A stretch of DNA of 64,000 nucleotides from Polyangiaceae bacterium (GCA_044376115.1 JBILLK010000004.1:96001-160000); one strand, 5' to 3'; positions 31,228-41,045 are shown, counted from the first letter of the stretch. Numbers and translations are program-made. The notes: generated from the sequence alone by a model not told the origin.

Positions 31228-32976
31228 TCAGGGGGTCTGCGGATCGTAGGTGTCGGGCGCCGGCGCTGGAGTCGGCGCGGGCGCGGGCGCTGCGCCGGTC
31301 GGAGCGGGGCCCGTGCCCCCCGTCGGGAGCGGAGCAGCCACCGGCGTAAGGTCGGCGTCGGTGAACTCGAGCGTGGTCACGTCCTGACACTTGACCGGGG
31401 TGCTCTTCGCCCGGCCCACCGGCTTGAGCGAGCCCGGCTCCGCCAGCGTGAGGAACTTCGTCCCGACGCAGCTGGTCTCGTTGACAGTCGTGGTGTCACC
31501 GATGCGCTTTCCGCTCATCAGCACGTCCATCGTGCGCGGTGCTTTCACGATCAGGTAGCCGGCAGTCGGCGCCAGAGACTTCGGATCGGCGGGCGGAGCG
31601 AGTTCACCAGGCTCCGCGGTAGCGGAAGCGCTGACCGTCGCGGTGGCTGTGGCTGTAACCACCGCCGTCGCAGTAGCCGTAGCGGTGGGCTTCGCCGTGG
31701 CGGTGGGCTTGGTCGTGACGGTGGTTTCAGGAACTGCCGTGTTCACGCCCTGGCTCGGATCCTCGCGGAGTCGCAAGTACCAGAACGCGGCGGCGCCACC
31801 GGCCAACACCAGGAACGCCCCCACGAGCAGCGGAGCCACGCTCTTCTTCGGTGCCGGCGCAACTCCAGCTTGCGCGAACTTGCTCGGAGCCTCCGGCGCC
31901 TTGGCAGCCGCCTCCGCGGCGGGTTTAACCGCTTCGGGCTCGGCTGCGACGACCGGCTCAACCGGTTTGGCGGGCGCCACGGCGACCGGTGCTGCTTCCT
32001 CGATGCGAACCTCCGGTTTGGCCGGAGCGGGCTCCAGCGCGACAGCAGGCTCTGGCTCGGGCTCGCTGGCCTTCACCGGCTCCGGCTCGCTGGCCTTCAC
32101 CGGCTCCGGCTCGGGCTCGCTGGCCTTCACCGGCTCGACGAGGGGCGCGGGCTTCTCGGAGAGCGACAACTCCGGCACGTCAGCGACGACCGGATCGAGA
32201 TCGAGCCCAACCACGGGCAGGTCGTTCGACGGATCGAGCGCGACGATGGGCGACTCGATCGGCTCGAGCACGGGGGGCTCGGGGGCAGCAGGCGCATCCA
32301 CCGAAACCACCGCGCGAGCCAACACGGCCTCGATACCGCTCGGCTCGGGCGCGACGCGGGTAACGACGGGGGCAGACGGTGCGTCCTCGCGCGGAATGGG
32401 CTCGACCACCCGCGGCGCGACAGGCGGCGCCGGCGGCGAAACGGCGGCGACAGGGGGCGGCGGCGGCGAAGCCGCAGGCGGCGCCGGGGCCGCCACCGCG
32501 GCGGGTTTGGCTGCAGCCACCGGAGTGGCCGGCTTTGGCGGGAAGGCCGAGCGAACACCAAACCCGGTGCCGACTGGGCGCGCGGCGGGTGGCGCTGCTG
32601 CAGGCTTGGCGGCAGCGGGTGCGGCCGCAGGCTTGGCGGCAGCGGGTGCGGCGGCAGGCTTGGGAGCCTGAGCAACCGGCGCTTCCGACGTAACTGCGAG
32701 GAGATCTACAGCCAGGTCGACCGCCGGCTTGGCGGGCTCTTTCGAGACGGCTACGAACGCCGAGACCGGTTCTGCGCGCGGGTCAATGCGGCCGGGGGCC
32801 GGACCGAGACTCTCGCGAGCAACCGGCCGCGCTTGCATCGCGCGGGAGTCGCCCGCGTCAGCCGCAAACACAGGAACGCGTGGTTGCGCTGCGTTCTTTT
32901 GAATCTTCGTGAGAAGAGCCTCGAGTGCCTGGACACGTTCCGGATTGTTCACGTCGAGGGGGAGCATATCGGGCAT
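31228..32976 (-). CDS. Pro/Ala-rich single-TM protein
   Basis: Low-complexity repeats (EPEPVKAS, AAAPAAAKP), a TM segment and a small C-terminal beta domain. Confidence 0.6.
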   Translation of the reverse strand: MPDMLPLDVNNPERVQALEALLTKIQKNAAQPRVPVFAADAGDSRAMQARPVARESLGPAPGRIDPRAEPVSAFVAVSKEPAKPAVDLAVDLLAVTSEAPVAQAPKPAAAPAAAKPAAAPAAAKPAAAPPAARPVGTGFGVRSAFPPKPATPVAAAKPAAVAAPAPPAASPPPPPVAAVSPPAPPVAPRVVEPIPREDAPSAPVVTRVAPEPSGIEAVLARAVVSVDAPAAPEPPVLEPIESPIVALDPSNDLPVVGLDLDPVVADVPELSLSEKPAPLVEPVKASEPEPEPVKASEPEPVKASEPEPEPAVALEPAPAKPEVRIEEAAPVAVAPAKPVEPVVAAEPEAVKPAAEAAAKAPEAPSKFAQAGVAPAPKKSVAPLLVGAFLVLAGGAAAFWYLRLREDPSQGVNTAVPETTVTTKPTATAKPTATATATAVVTATATATVSASATAEPGELAPPADPKSLAPTAGYLIVKAPRTMDVLMSGKRIGDTTTVNETSCVGTKFLTLAEPGSLKPVGRAKSTPVKCQDVTTLEFTDADLTPVAAPLPTGGTGPAPTGAAPAPAPTPAPAPDTYDPQTP

Positions 32977-33140
32977 GTGCGATTGTGCCGAACTTTTTCA
33001 CAGCTTCGTTGAGGGAGAGGGGTCCGATCGCAAGCGCGCAGCGACCGTTCAACGGCTGCGCTAAAAAAGCGGCGCTTATTATCCCGCTGAGCCTCCCCTC
33101 GCCGTGCAACCGCCTCCAACATCTGGCAATAGGTGCACTC

Positions 33141-34754
33141 ATGAAGCGGCTCCCCCTCCTTGCCCTGTGCGCGGTGCTCTCCCACGTCCATCGCGTTGAA
33201 GCACAGCCTGCAACTCCACCGGTGCCAACGGCGACCAACGCAGCCGCAGAGCCGGTCCCGGACACGCTCGGGCCAGGAGACGCCGCGGTCAAGGACCTCG
33301 CCGACCCGTTGGTAGCGCTGCTCGCGCCCGACCCGGCTGGGCTTACCTACGAGGCGGTTGCGCGCGAGGCGGTCGCCGCCAGCAGCGCCGTGCGGCTCAA
33401 AGAGGTTGAGCTCGAAGGGGCCGACGGAGCGGTGTCACAGACGCTGGTTTCGTTCTTCCCCCGCGTGACACTGGCGGCCTCCTACACGCGACTTTCGGAG
33501 GTGGAGGCTGGCACGATCGGTGGGGGTGGAGCCTCGGTGGGAGCCCTCAATGAAGGCCCCATCACGGTCGGGCCGTGCCCAACCGACGCCACGGTGCAGT
33601 GCGCCCTCGACTCGGCGGGAACCCCGATTCAGGCGGTGAACTCGAGCTTCACCTTCCCGGTGCTCCTCAACCAGATCGCCTTCACTGGGAATCTCACGGT
33701 GCCCATCTCGGACTACTTCCTGCGCGCCGTGCAGGCGTACAACGCAGCCGAAGCGAATGAAAAAGCCCTCGAGCTGCAGGTCGAGGCGCAGAAGAGAATC
33801 GCCGCACGCGACGCCAAACTGGCGTTGATCGGTTGGGCGCTCTCCAAAGGCCAAACGGTGGTGGCCGAAAAGAGCGTCGAGCAGGCGAAGAACCAGCTCA
33901 AGGACGTCAACTCCTCGCTCTCCGCCGACCGCGCGGCCAAGGTGGACGTGCTGCGCATCGAGGCCTTGGTTGCGCAAGCCGAGTTCACTCTGGCCGAAGC
34001 CCGCTCGAATGAGTTCGTGGCCGAACATCGCCTGCGAACGGTGCTTCATGCCCCCTCGGATCGGCCGCTCAGCGTCGGTATCGATCTGTTCGGCACCCCC
34101 AACATTCCCACCCTGGCCTCACTCGATGAGCTCGTGCGCGAGGCGATCGACCACCGCTTGGAGTTGGTGGCGACGCAAAAATCCCGCGAGGCCCTGCGAG
34201 AGGCAGAGTCGGCTACACGGGCGAGCTACTGGCCCCGCGTGGATGCTTTCGCCGACATCAACATCTCTAACCCCAATCAGCGTATCTTCCCCGCGCGCGA
34301 GCAGTTCGACACCACCTGGGACGCTGGCGTTCGGCTCTCCTGGGTGATCAACGACACCTTCAGCACGATCGGCGCGTCGGCTCAGGCCGAAGCACGGACC
34401 GCCCAAGTGGAGGCCTCGCTCGTGCAACTCACCGACGCGATTCGTTTGGAGGTGATCCAGGCGCACGCCGAGATCGCCAAGGCCGCCGCCTCGATCGAAG
34501 CGGCCAACCGCGGCGTGATCGCTGCCGAGGAGACCGTGCGCGTCTCCAAGCGCATTTTCGCGTTGGGTACGCTGACCGGCACCGGCCTGGCGGATCAAGA
34601 GAACGCCCTCACCGGCGCTCGGCTGCGCAAGCTCTCAGCACTCGCCGGGCTGCAAGCAGCCATCATTCGGCTCGAGCACGCAACCGGCCGGGACCAAGGC
34701 TCGATGCCAACGGCCCCAGTGGTACCGGCCGCTGCAACCACGCCTGAGCCCTGA
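33141..34754 (+). CDS. TolC-family outer-membrane efflux protein
   Basis: Signal peptide; FFPRVTLAASY and YWPRVD repeats; coiled coils; LEHATG end. Confidence 0.85.
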   Translation: MKRLPLLALCAVLSHVHRVEAQPATPPVPTATNAAAEPVPDTLGPGDAAVKDLADPLVALLAPDPAGLTYEAVAREAVAASSAVRLKEVELEGADGAVSQTLVSFFPRVTLAASYTRLSEVEAGTIGGGGASVGALNEGPITVGPCPTDATVQCALDSAGTPIQAVNSSFTFPVLLNQIAFTGNLTVPISDYFLRAVQAYNAAEANEKALELQVEAQKRIAARDAKLALIGWALSKGQTVVAEKSVEQAKNQLKDVNSSLSADRAAKVDVLRIEALVAQAEFTLAEARSNEFVAEHRLRTVLHAPSDRPLSVGIDLFGTPNIPTLASLDELVREAIDHRLELVATQKSREALREAESATRASYWPRVDAFADINISNPNQRIFPAREQFDTTWDAGVRLSWVINDTFSTIGASAQAEARTAQVEASLVQLTDAIRLEVIQAHAEIAKAAASIEAANRGVIAAEETVRVSKRIFALGTLTGTGLADQENALTGARLRKLSALAGLQAAIIRLEHATGRDQGSMPTAPVVPAAATTPEP

Positions 34755-34834
34755 GCCTCAGTCCAGCGTCATTGCCCCGGCTGCCCGTCGCGCGAGACCC
34801 GGAACGCGCATCTGTGTAAGGTGCGCGGCTTCGG

Positions 34835-37033
34835 ATGACCGAGCTCGTCGTCGTTCTTTTCCTCGCCATCATCGGCCTCTCCACCGCTGCGTATCTCGTG
34901 CGGTGGCTCTTGTCGTTCGGCTCGCCAGACAACGCGCTTTTGAGCGCCGCTTCGCTCGTGCGTGACGTGGCCGAGGGCTTCGCTCGGCGTCAGAGCGCGA
35001 CGCTGGCCGCGCTCGCTGCCCTCTTCGGTGGTGCTTTGTTCGTCGCTTACGGTTTGCGCACCCCCAGCGCAGAACAGGTCGGCGGGCTTGAGACGGCCGT
35101 TTGGCTGGTCCTTTCGTTTGGCGTCGGGGTGCTCGGGGCGATCGCGGCAGCCGAGATCGGCACTTTCATCGGCGTGCGCGGAGCCATCCGTACGGCGGCA
35201 GCCTCGCGTCGCAACGTCGACGCGGCGTTGCGGTCCTCCTTTCGCTCAGGCGCCGCACTCAGCCTGCTCTCCGCCTCGATCGGTACGGTCTCGCTAGCGG
35301 CGCTCATCCTTGCGGTGATCGCATTTCACGGCGGGGTCGGGCAGGGCCTCGCGAGCGCGGTCAACATCATCCCGCGGATCCCATTCTTGCTGCTGGGGTA
35401 CGCGCTCGGCGCCACCACCATGGCTCTATTCGGCCAGATCGCCGGCGGGACCTTCGCCAAGAGCGCGGATATCGGTGCCGACGTTGGCGCCCGCGATGCC
35501 GGCCTCGACGACGACGCCAAGGACAACCCCGCCGCCGTCGCGAACCTTGCCGGAGATTGCGCCAACGGCGCAGCCAGCTCGCACGTGACCGCCTATGCCG
35601 CGGCGGCGGCGGAAGACAGCGCAGCGATGCTCGCGGTTACGCTGGTGTATGCCGCTGACCTCAGCTTGCGCAGCCCGCTCTCGCTGATCCTGCTGCCGCT
35701 GCTCTCACGCTCGTTCTCCATTTTGGGCACGGTCTTCGCCGCCGTCGTGGTTCGCACCGACGACCGCGAGGACCCGTTCGCTGCGGTCTTGCGCGGGCTG
35801 ACGGTGGCCACGTTGCTGCAGGCCGTAGGGCTCGCTGGTGCAGTGCAATGGCTGCTACCCGAACGCAGGGTGCTGATGTTTGGAGCGAGTGCGATCGGCA
35901 TCGGCCTGGCCGCGGTGATCGTAGTTTGGGTCTATGTTTCGAGCTCGTCGCGGTTTCGCGCCGTACGCGATGTTGCCGAGGCGGCTCGCGTAGGGCCCAC
36001 GCTCAACGTGCTTGCTGGCATCTCCAACGGCCTGCGGATGGGGCTGCCCATCGCAGCCGCGCTGACGCTCGGAATCGGCGCGAGCCACGCGCTCGGGGTG
36101 TACCTGTACGGCCGGTCCGGCGGAACCCTGGCGCTGGTCGCAACGCTCTCGGGCCTGGTGGGGACGATGACCTTCCTGATGGCGCTCGACGGAATGGCCA
36201 CGGTGGTTGATGCGGCCTCGGGCCTGGTGGCGATGACCTCCGAGGCCGATCGACGCGACGCTCGAGGTCGGCTCTCGGTGTTGGACGCAGCAGGCGCTGC
36301 CCAACGTATTGCGGCTCGCATCGTCGGTACGGGCGGCGCGCTGCTCTCGGGCGTGCTTTTGTGCGAGGTGTTGCGGCAAGAGGCGGACCGTCTGCACAGC
36401 GCGCTCGGGGAGCTGCGGCTCGACGTCGGCGTTTGGGTCGGCGCCATGCTCGGCATCGGCTTGACTGGCTGGCTGGCCGGACGCTGCTTGACCGGCGTGC
36501 TGCGTTCGTCGCGCCGCATCGTCGAGGAGGTCCGCAGGCAGCTGCGCGATCGCAGCCCCGCCGAAGCCGACGGCCCTTTGCTCGGCAGCGTCGACCATCG
36601 TCCGTGCTCGGAGTCCGCGACGCGCCACGCCCTGCGCCACATGGTGCTGGCAGGCTCGCAAGCGCTGGTGCTGCTGATCGCGCTGCTCGTCGGCCTGCAC
36701 CTCGCGCGCGGAGACGGTTCGGGCTTCGCCGCGGGCGGCGCCGTGCTTTCGCTGATCATGACGGCCACGGTGACGGGTGTGGTCAGCGCGCTGCTCGCGT
36801 TCGGCGCGGGCGGAGCGTGGGGCAGCGCGAAGAAGTACATCGTCACCGGAGCGCACGGCGGCCGCTTGCACGTGGACGAGACAGGCGCCCGGGCCGAGAA
36901 CCCAACCTTTGTTGCCTCGGTGATCGGAGACACGGTGGGCGACCCGTTCAAAGATGTCGCCGTCCCCTGCGTGATCGTCCTGATCCGGCTCTTGCCCATC
37001 GTCGCGTTGGTGCTTCTCCCCCTCATTCACTGA
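34835..37033 (+). CDS. Membrane Na+/H+-translocating pyrophosphatase homolog with degenerate catalytic motifs
   Basis: GGTFAKSADIGAD, NPA, GGAWGSAKK and GDTVGDPFKD motifs; many TM segments. Confidence 0.82.
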   Translation: MTELVVVLFLAIIGLSTAAYLVRWLLSFGSPDNALLSAASLVRDVAEGFARRQSATLAALAALFGGALFVAYGLRTPSAEQVGGLETAVWLVLSFGVGVLGAIAAAEIGTFIGVRGAIRTAAASRRNVDAALRSSFRSGAALSLLSASIGTVSLAALILAVIAFHGGVGQGLASAVNIIPRIPFLLLGYALGATTMALFGQIAGGTFAKSADIGADVGARDAGLDDDAKDNPAAVANLAGDCANGAASSHVTAYAAAAAEDSAAMLAVTLVYAADLSLRSPLSLILLPLLSRSFSILGTVFAAVVVRTDDREDPFAAVLRGLTVATLLQAVGLAGAVQWLLPERRVLMFGASAIGIGLAAVIVVWVYVSSSSRFRAVRDVAEAARVGPTLNVLAGISNGLRMGLPIAAALTLGIGASHALGVYLYGRSGGTLALVATLSGLVGTMTFLMALDGMATVVDAASGLVAMTSEADRRDARGRLSVLDAAGAAQRIAARIVGTGGALLSGVLLCEVLRQEADRLHSALGELRLDVGVWVGAMLGIGLTGWLAGRCLTGVLRSSRRIVEEVRRQLRDRSPAEADGPLLGSVDHRPCSESATRHALRHMVLAGSQALVLLIALLVGLHLARGDGSGFAAGGAVLSLIMTATVTGVVSALLAFGAGGAWGSAKKYIVTGAHGGRLHVDETGARAENPTFVASVIGDTVGDPFKDVAVPCVIVLIRLLPIVALVLLPLIH

Positions 37034-37149
37034 GGTCGGTGCAACCACCTACCGAACGTTTTGGACGCATCCGTCCCTTGCAGCTTTGGGAAAGTGGGGA
37101 TAAGGGAATGTTCGTTGGGTGGCATGGCACCGCGATTGAAGTCGCGGGT

Positions 37150-37260
37150 GGGCCTGACCTCCGGCACACCTGCTTCCGCCGAAGGCGGACGCAGCAAACA
37201 GAATGACTCGTGCACTCTTGTCTGGCACGAGTCATTCGGCCGGCCCCGAGTCAGGTCTGC
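37150..37260. ncRNA. Structured non-coding element, copy A (unidentified)
   Basis: Hairpin TCCGCC-GAA-GGCGGA plus a perfect 13-bp inverted repeat GAATGACTCGTGC/GCACGAGTCATTC; core shared with copy B. Confidence 0.5.
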
Positions 37261-37406
37261 TTCAACAACCTCAACCTGCGGTTGAGCATACAGAAGGCTG
37301 TTTGCGGCTCGCGCAACCAACGCGAGACGCTGCTCGTTACGGAAACTCGCTGAGTTGCTGTGCCCAGACGGCGTTGGCGCTCAGCCGACACAAAAGTAGG
37401 CTGCTC

Positions 37407-40400
37407 GTGGGCACACCTCTCTCCGACGCACTCTCGACCCTCAGCGACCGCGGTCTTCGCAAGCTTCTTGGCGCGCGAACCTTCATGCGAGGGTTCAAGT
37501 TCTTCTGCAATCGCGTGGTCGAGGATATCCAGGTCCACGAGGCCCACGCGACCGGGCTCGTGCGTGCTCCCGAGAGTGACCCGTTCAGCGTCCGGATTGA
37601 GCTCTCTCCCGACGGCATCAAGTCAACCTGCACCTGCCCCTCGCTCGGCAAGACCGAGCACTGCAAACACGCCGCCGCGCTGCTGATCGCCGTTCGGGAC
37701 CAGGCGCGTGCGTCGATGCCGCGACGAGAACCTGTCCCGGCGCCTCCCCAAGCCCCCCAAAGCGAGAACGGTATCAACTCCAAACGAAGTCGCCGACGAG
37801 AGCGTCGCACCCGCCCGTCTCCCCTCGCCCACGGCAGCTCGATGGCCGCGATGGGGCCGCCCGGGTCGACCGTCGGGCCGGCGATGGGCAACGCGCCCGT
37901 CGCCTACACCGAACGGACGATCGAGCGGCACGAGGCCAGTCGGCCTGGTTTCGCCGAGCGCACCACCTTCTCGACCACCCACGCGAAGCTGGCTCCCCCA
38001 ACGCCGGAAGCCACGGCCAAGCCCACCGGAATCGGCGCATGGTTGCCGCCCGAAGGCTCGACGGCGTCGCGGCGCATCGAGTTCCGGGTTCACGTCCGCC
38101 AGGGGGCCATCACCGTCACCGTGTTGGACGCGGAGGCGCGTATGCAGGTCCTGCCCTCGGTGGCGCTCACCTGGCAGGCCCTTTATCCGACGCCCGACCG
38201 CAACGCGCTCCGTCTGCTGGCGCGTCTCGAGAGCGGCAACCCGCGGCACCCCGCCGTAGACGTTCGCGGGGAAGACGTCTCCGAGCTGATGCCGCTGCTC
38301 GAACAGAGCCGGGTCTTGCTCGAGCCGGCGCTGATGCAGCTTCGCTTCAGCGAAGAGCCGCTCAAGCCCCGCTTCGACCTCGAGACGGTCGGCGGCGATA
38401 CCATCATCGTGAAGGCCAGCTTCGAGCGCAGCTCGGACAAACGCCGCTTCTCGCTGCTTACTGGCGGCTGGTTTGAAGGCTGGCCCGGTTGGCACATCGA
38501 TAGCCAAGAGGGCATCGCCCGTCGCATCGATCGCCGCGTCTCCGTGGCGGCGATTCGTCGTTTGATGCGCTCGCCCACCATCGCCGAGCCGATGAGCGAG
38601 CTGCCTCGCGTGATCATGCAAGGCCTGCCGAAGATCGCGCTGGAGGTCGGCGCTGAGCTGCCGGACCTCAATCAGATATGCGACGTGGTCGACCTCGTGC
38701 CCACCTTCCGTATGCGCGCCGGCGGCTCCTTGGTCGAGGCCAGCGTCAGCCTCTACGCCGTGTACGGCAATGAGGAGATCCCGGTTCGCGCCGACGGCAT
38801 CACCTTGCCGGTGATCATCCAAGCCCCGCTCGAGGGGGCGCGCAAAGCGCGCTGCATCCGCGTCGATATCGCGGCGCAGCAAGACGCCGCGCAGAAGCTC
38901 AATGACCTCGGGCTCGGCGCAGACTCGAGCGGCCAAGGCTTCATCGGCCGCGGGGACAGCGCGATCACCTTCTGGAGTGAGGGGCTCGGTCGCTTGCCGG
39001 ATGATTGGGATCTGTTCGTCCCCGAGGACCTCGTTGGCACGCAGGTGCGCGGCGCAGCGATCAGCGTCTTCGCCAAGGTCAGCTCCGGGATGGATTGGCT
39101 CAACGTGAAGCTCTCCTTCGAGTCGGAGGGCGTCCACGCCGAGCGCGGGGAAATTCGCCGCGCGCTGGCCGAGGGCAAGAAGTACATCAAGCTCTCCGAC
39201 GGCTCCTTCGCGCCCTTCGACGCCGATCAGATTCAGGCCATGATGGACCGCGAGATCGAGCTCATCACGGCCGCCGGCAAGAGCGGCAAGCTCTCCTTGG
39301 CGCACGCCGGTCGCATTCAAGAGCTCGTCGCGCAGGCGGCGGGCAGCAGCATCTCGGGGGGCGCACGCGAGCTCTTCCAGCGGCTCTCGTCAATCGACGA
39401 TATCGAGGCGGCGAAGAAGCCGCGCAACCTCAAGGCCACTCTCCGCCCCTATCAAGAGGCCGGCCTCAGCTGGTTGAAGTTCATCCACTCGATCGCCTCC
39501 GGCGGCGTGCTCGCCGACGACATGGGTCTCGGCAAAACGGTGCAAACCATCGCGCTGCTGCTCGCCGTCAAGCAGGACGAGAAGGCCGTCAAAGCGTTGA
39601 TCGTCGCGCCCACCAGCGTGGTCACCAACTGGCAACGCGAGCTCGAGAAGTTCGCTCCTTCGCTCAAGGTCGCGCTGTGGCACGGCGCCGATCGCAAAGA
39701 TCAAGCGGACGAGGTGCGCGAGAGTGAGGTCATCATCACGAGCTACGCGCTCTTGCGTCGCGATGAGGACTTCCTCACCACGCTGGACCTCACCTACGCC
39801 ATCCTCGACGAGGCCCAGCACATCAAGAACCCGATGTCGGCGACGGCTGCAGCGGCGAAGAAGCTGCGAGCCAAACGGCGCTTGGCGCTGACGGGCACGC
39901 CGATCGAGAACCGCTTGAGCGAAATCTGGAGCATCTTCGATTTCGTTTCGCCCGGCCTACTCGGCGCGCTCGATCGCTTCGAGGCCAAATTCGCCCGCCC
40001 GATCGAACAGGGCGACTACAAGACGGCCCAGCGGCTACGCACCACCATCCATCCGTTCATTCTGCGCCGCACCAAGAACGAGGTGGCCAAGGATCTGCCG
40101 GAGAAACTCGAGACCGATCAGGTGTGCGATCTCACCGGCGAGCAACGCGTGGTCTACCAGGAGATCCTGCGCGAAGTTCGGGCGCAGGTGTTGGGAGAGG
40201 TCGAGAAGAACGGCATCGGCAAGAGCCAGATTCAGATCCTCGCCGGCCTCACGCGGCTACGCCAAGCCGCCTGCGATCCGCGCCTGCTTGGGCTTCCGCG
40301 CGACTACTCCGACGACGACTCGGGCAAGCTCGTCGCGCTGCGTGAGCTCTTGGCCAACGCCGTGGAAGGCGGGCACAAGGTGCTCGTTTTCAGCCAGTTC

Positions 40401-40832
40401 GTGCAGATGCTCAAGCTGGTGGAGAAGGCGATCAAGGAGGACGGCATCAAGTACGAGTACCTCGACGGCTCGACCAAGGACCGCGCCGAGCGCGTGGATC
40501 GCTTCCAAGGCGACCCGACCGTGGGCGCCTTCTTGATCAGCCTCAAGGCCGGCGGCACTGGGCTCAACCTCACCGCAGCAGACACCGTGATTCACTTCGA
40601 TCCGTGGTGGAACCCGGCGGTGGAGCAGCAAGCCACCGACCGTGCTCACCGCATTGGGCAGAACAAGGTCGTCAGCGTCTACCGCTTGGTCGCCGCAGGG
40701 ACGATCGAGGAGAAGATCCTGCAGCTCAAGGCCAAGAAGCGGGAGCTCGTCGCGAGCGTTCTTTCAGAGGACGCTGGCGGAGTGAAGAAGCTGACCAAAC
40801 AGGACCTCGAGGAGTTGTTCTCGGTCGAGTAG
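37407..40832 (+). CDS. SWIM zinc finger-SNF2 family helicase/ATPase
   Basis: CTCPSLGKTEHCKH (SWIM), LADDMGLGKT, DEAQ, LTGTPIEN, QATDRAHRIGQ. Start uncertain. Confidence 0.92.
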   Translation: MGTPLSDALSTLSDRGLRKLLGARTFMRGFKFFCNRVVEDIQVHEAHATGLVRAPESDPFSVRIELSPDGIKSTCTCPSLGKTEHCKHAAALLIAVRDQARASMPRREPVPAPPQAPQSENGINSKRSRRRERRTRPSPLAHGSSMAAMGPPGSTVGPAMGNAPVAYTERTIERHEASRPGFAERTTFSTTHAKLAPPTPEATAKPTGIGAWLPPEGSTASRRIEFRVHVRQGAITVTVLDAEARMQVLPSVALTWQALYPTPDRNALRLLARLESGNPRHPAVDVRGEDVSELMPLLEQSRVLLEPALMQLRFSEEPLKPRFDLETVGGDTIIVKASFERSSDKRRFSLLTGGWFEGWPGWHIDSQEGIARRIDRRVSVAAIRRLMRSPTIAEPMSELPRVIMQGLPKIALEVGAELPDLNQICDVVDLVPTFRMRAGGSLVEASVSLYAVYGNEEIPVRADGITLPVIIQAPLEGARKARCIRVDIAAQQDAAQKLNDLGLGADSSGQGFIGRGDSAITFWSEGLGRLPDDWDLFVPEDLVGTQVRGAAISVFAKVSSGMDWLNVKLSFESEGVHAERGEIRRALAEGKKYIKLSDGSFAPFDADQIQAMMDREIELITAAGKSGKLSLAHAGRIQELVAQAAGSSISGGARELFQRLSSIDDIEAAKKPRNLKATLRPYQEAGLSWLKFIHSIASGGVLADDMGLGKTVQTIALLLAVKQDEKAVKALIVAPTSVVTNWQRELEKFAPSLKVALWHGADRKDQADEVRESEVIITSYALLRRDEDFLTTLDLTYAILDEAQHIKNPMSATAAAAKKLRAKRRLALTGTPIENRLSEIWSIFDFVSPGLLGALDRFEAKFARPIEQGDYKTAQRLRTTIHPFILRRTKNEVAKDLPEKLETDQVCDLTGEQRVVYQEILREVRAQVLGEVEKNGIGKSQIQILAGLTRLRQAACDPRLLGLPRDYSDDDSGKLVALRELLANAVEGGHKVLVFSQFVQMLKLVEKAIKEDGIKYEYLDGSTKDRAERVDRFQGDPTVGAFLISLKAGGTGLNLTAADTVIHFDPWWNPAVEQQATDRAHRIGQNKVVSVYRLVAAGTIEEKILQLKAKKRELVASVLSEDAGGVKKLTKQDLEELFSVE

Positions 40833-40889
40833 CGCGGTCGGTCGAACGCCAGCGGGCGAAAGGCGCAAGCCTGCTGGCCGCCACGAACG

Positions 40890-40922
40890 AAAAAGGAGGT
40901 TGGGTCTTTGGCCCAACCTCCT
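40890..40922 (-). terminator. Intrinsic terminator
   Basis: Minus strand AGGAGGTTGGG-CCAAAGA-CCCAACCTCCT running into a T tract. Confidence 0.75.
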
Positions 40923-40928
40923 CATCGT

Positions 40929-41030
40929 TTCCACCGAAGGTGGATGCAGCGGACAGAATGACTCGTGCCCTCTTCGAGAGAATCGGCCGAAGGCCCCGTT
41001 GAACCGTCGACTTTGGCATGAGTCATTTGT
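40929..41030. ncRNA. Structured non-coding element, copy B (unidentified)
   Basis: TCCACC-GAA-GGTGGA plus the stem AATGACTCGTGCC/GGCATGAGTCATT; 40/46 identity to the core of copy A. Confidence 0.5.
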
Positions 41031-41045
41031 TGACTGGCGTCGCGA

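Noticed and set aside
31096..33012. Long antisense ORFs (also 15580-17088, 37623-39320, 51189-52268, 54889-56160, 58726-60225)
   Set aside because: Shadow frames of high-GC genes on the opposite strand, with no recognisable motifs.
37171..37200. CCGCCGAAGGCGGACGCA resembles P2 of a c-di-GMP-I (GEMM) riboswitch
   Set aside because: The loop is a GAA triloop rather than a GNRA tetraloop, and the GGCAAA and GCAAAG contexts and the second stem are missing.
37136..37265. Copy A as 6S or SRP RNA
   Set aside because: No SRP CAGG/AGCA internal loop around a GNRA loop, and the branched fold does not fit the 6S rod; cannot be assigned without cmscan.
37203..37406. N-terminal extension of the SNF2 ORF from ATG 37203
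   Set aside because: The ATG lies inside the inverted repeat and the segment has atypical codons; the SWIM-associated region begins after about 37407.
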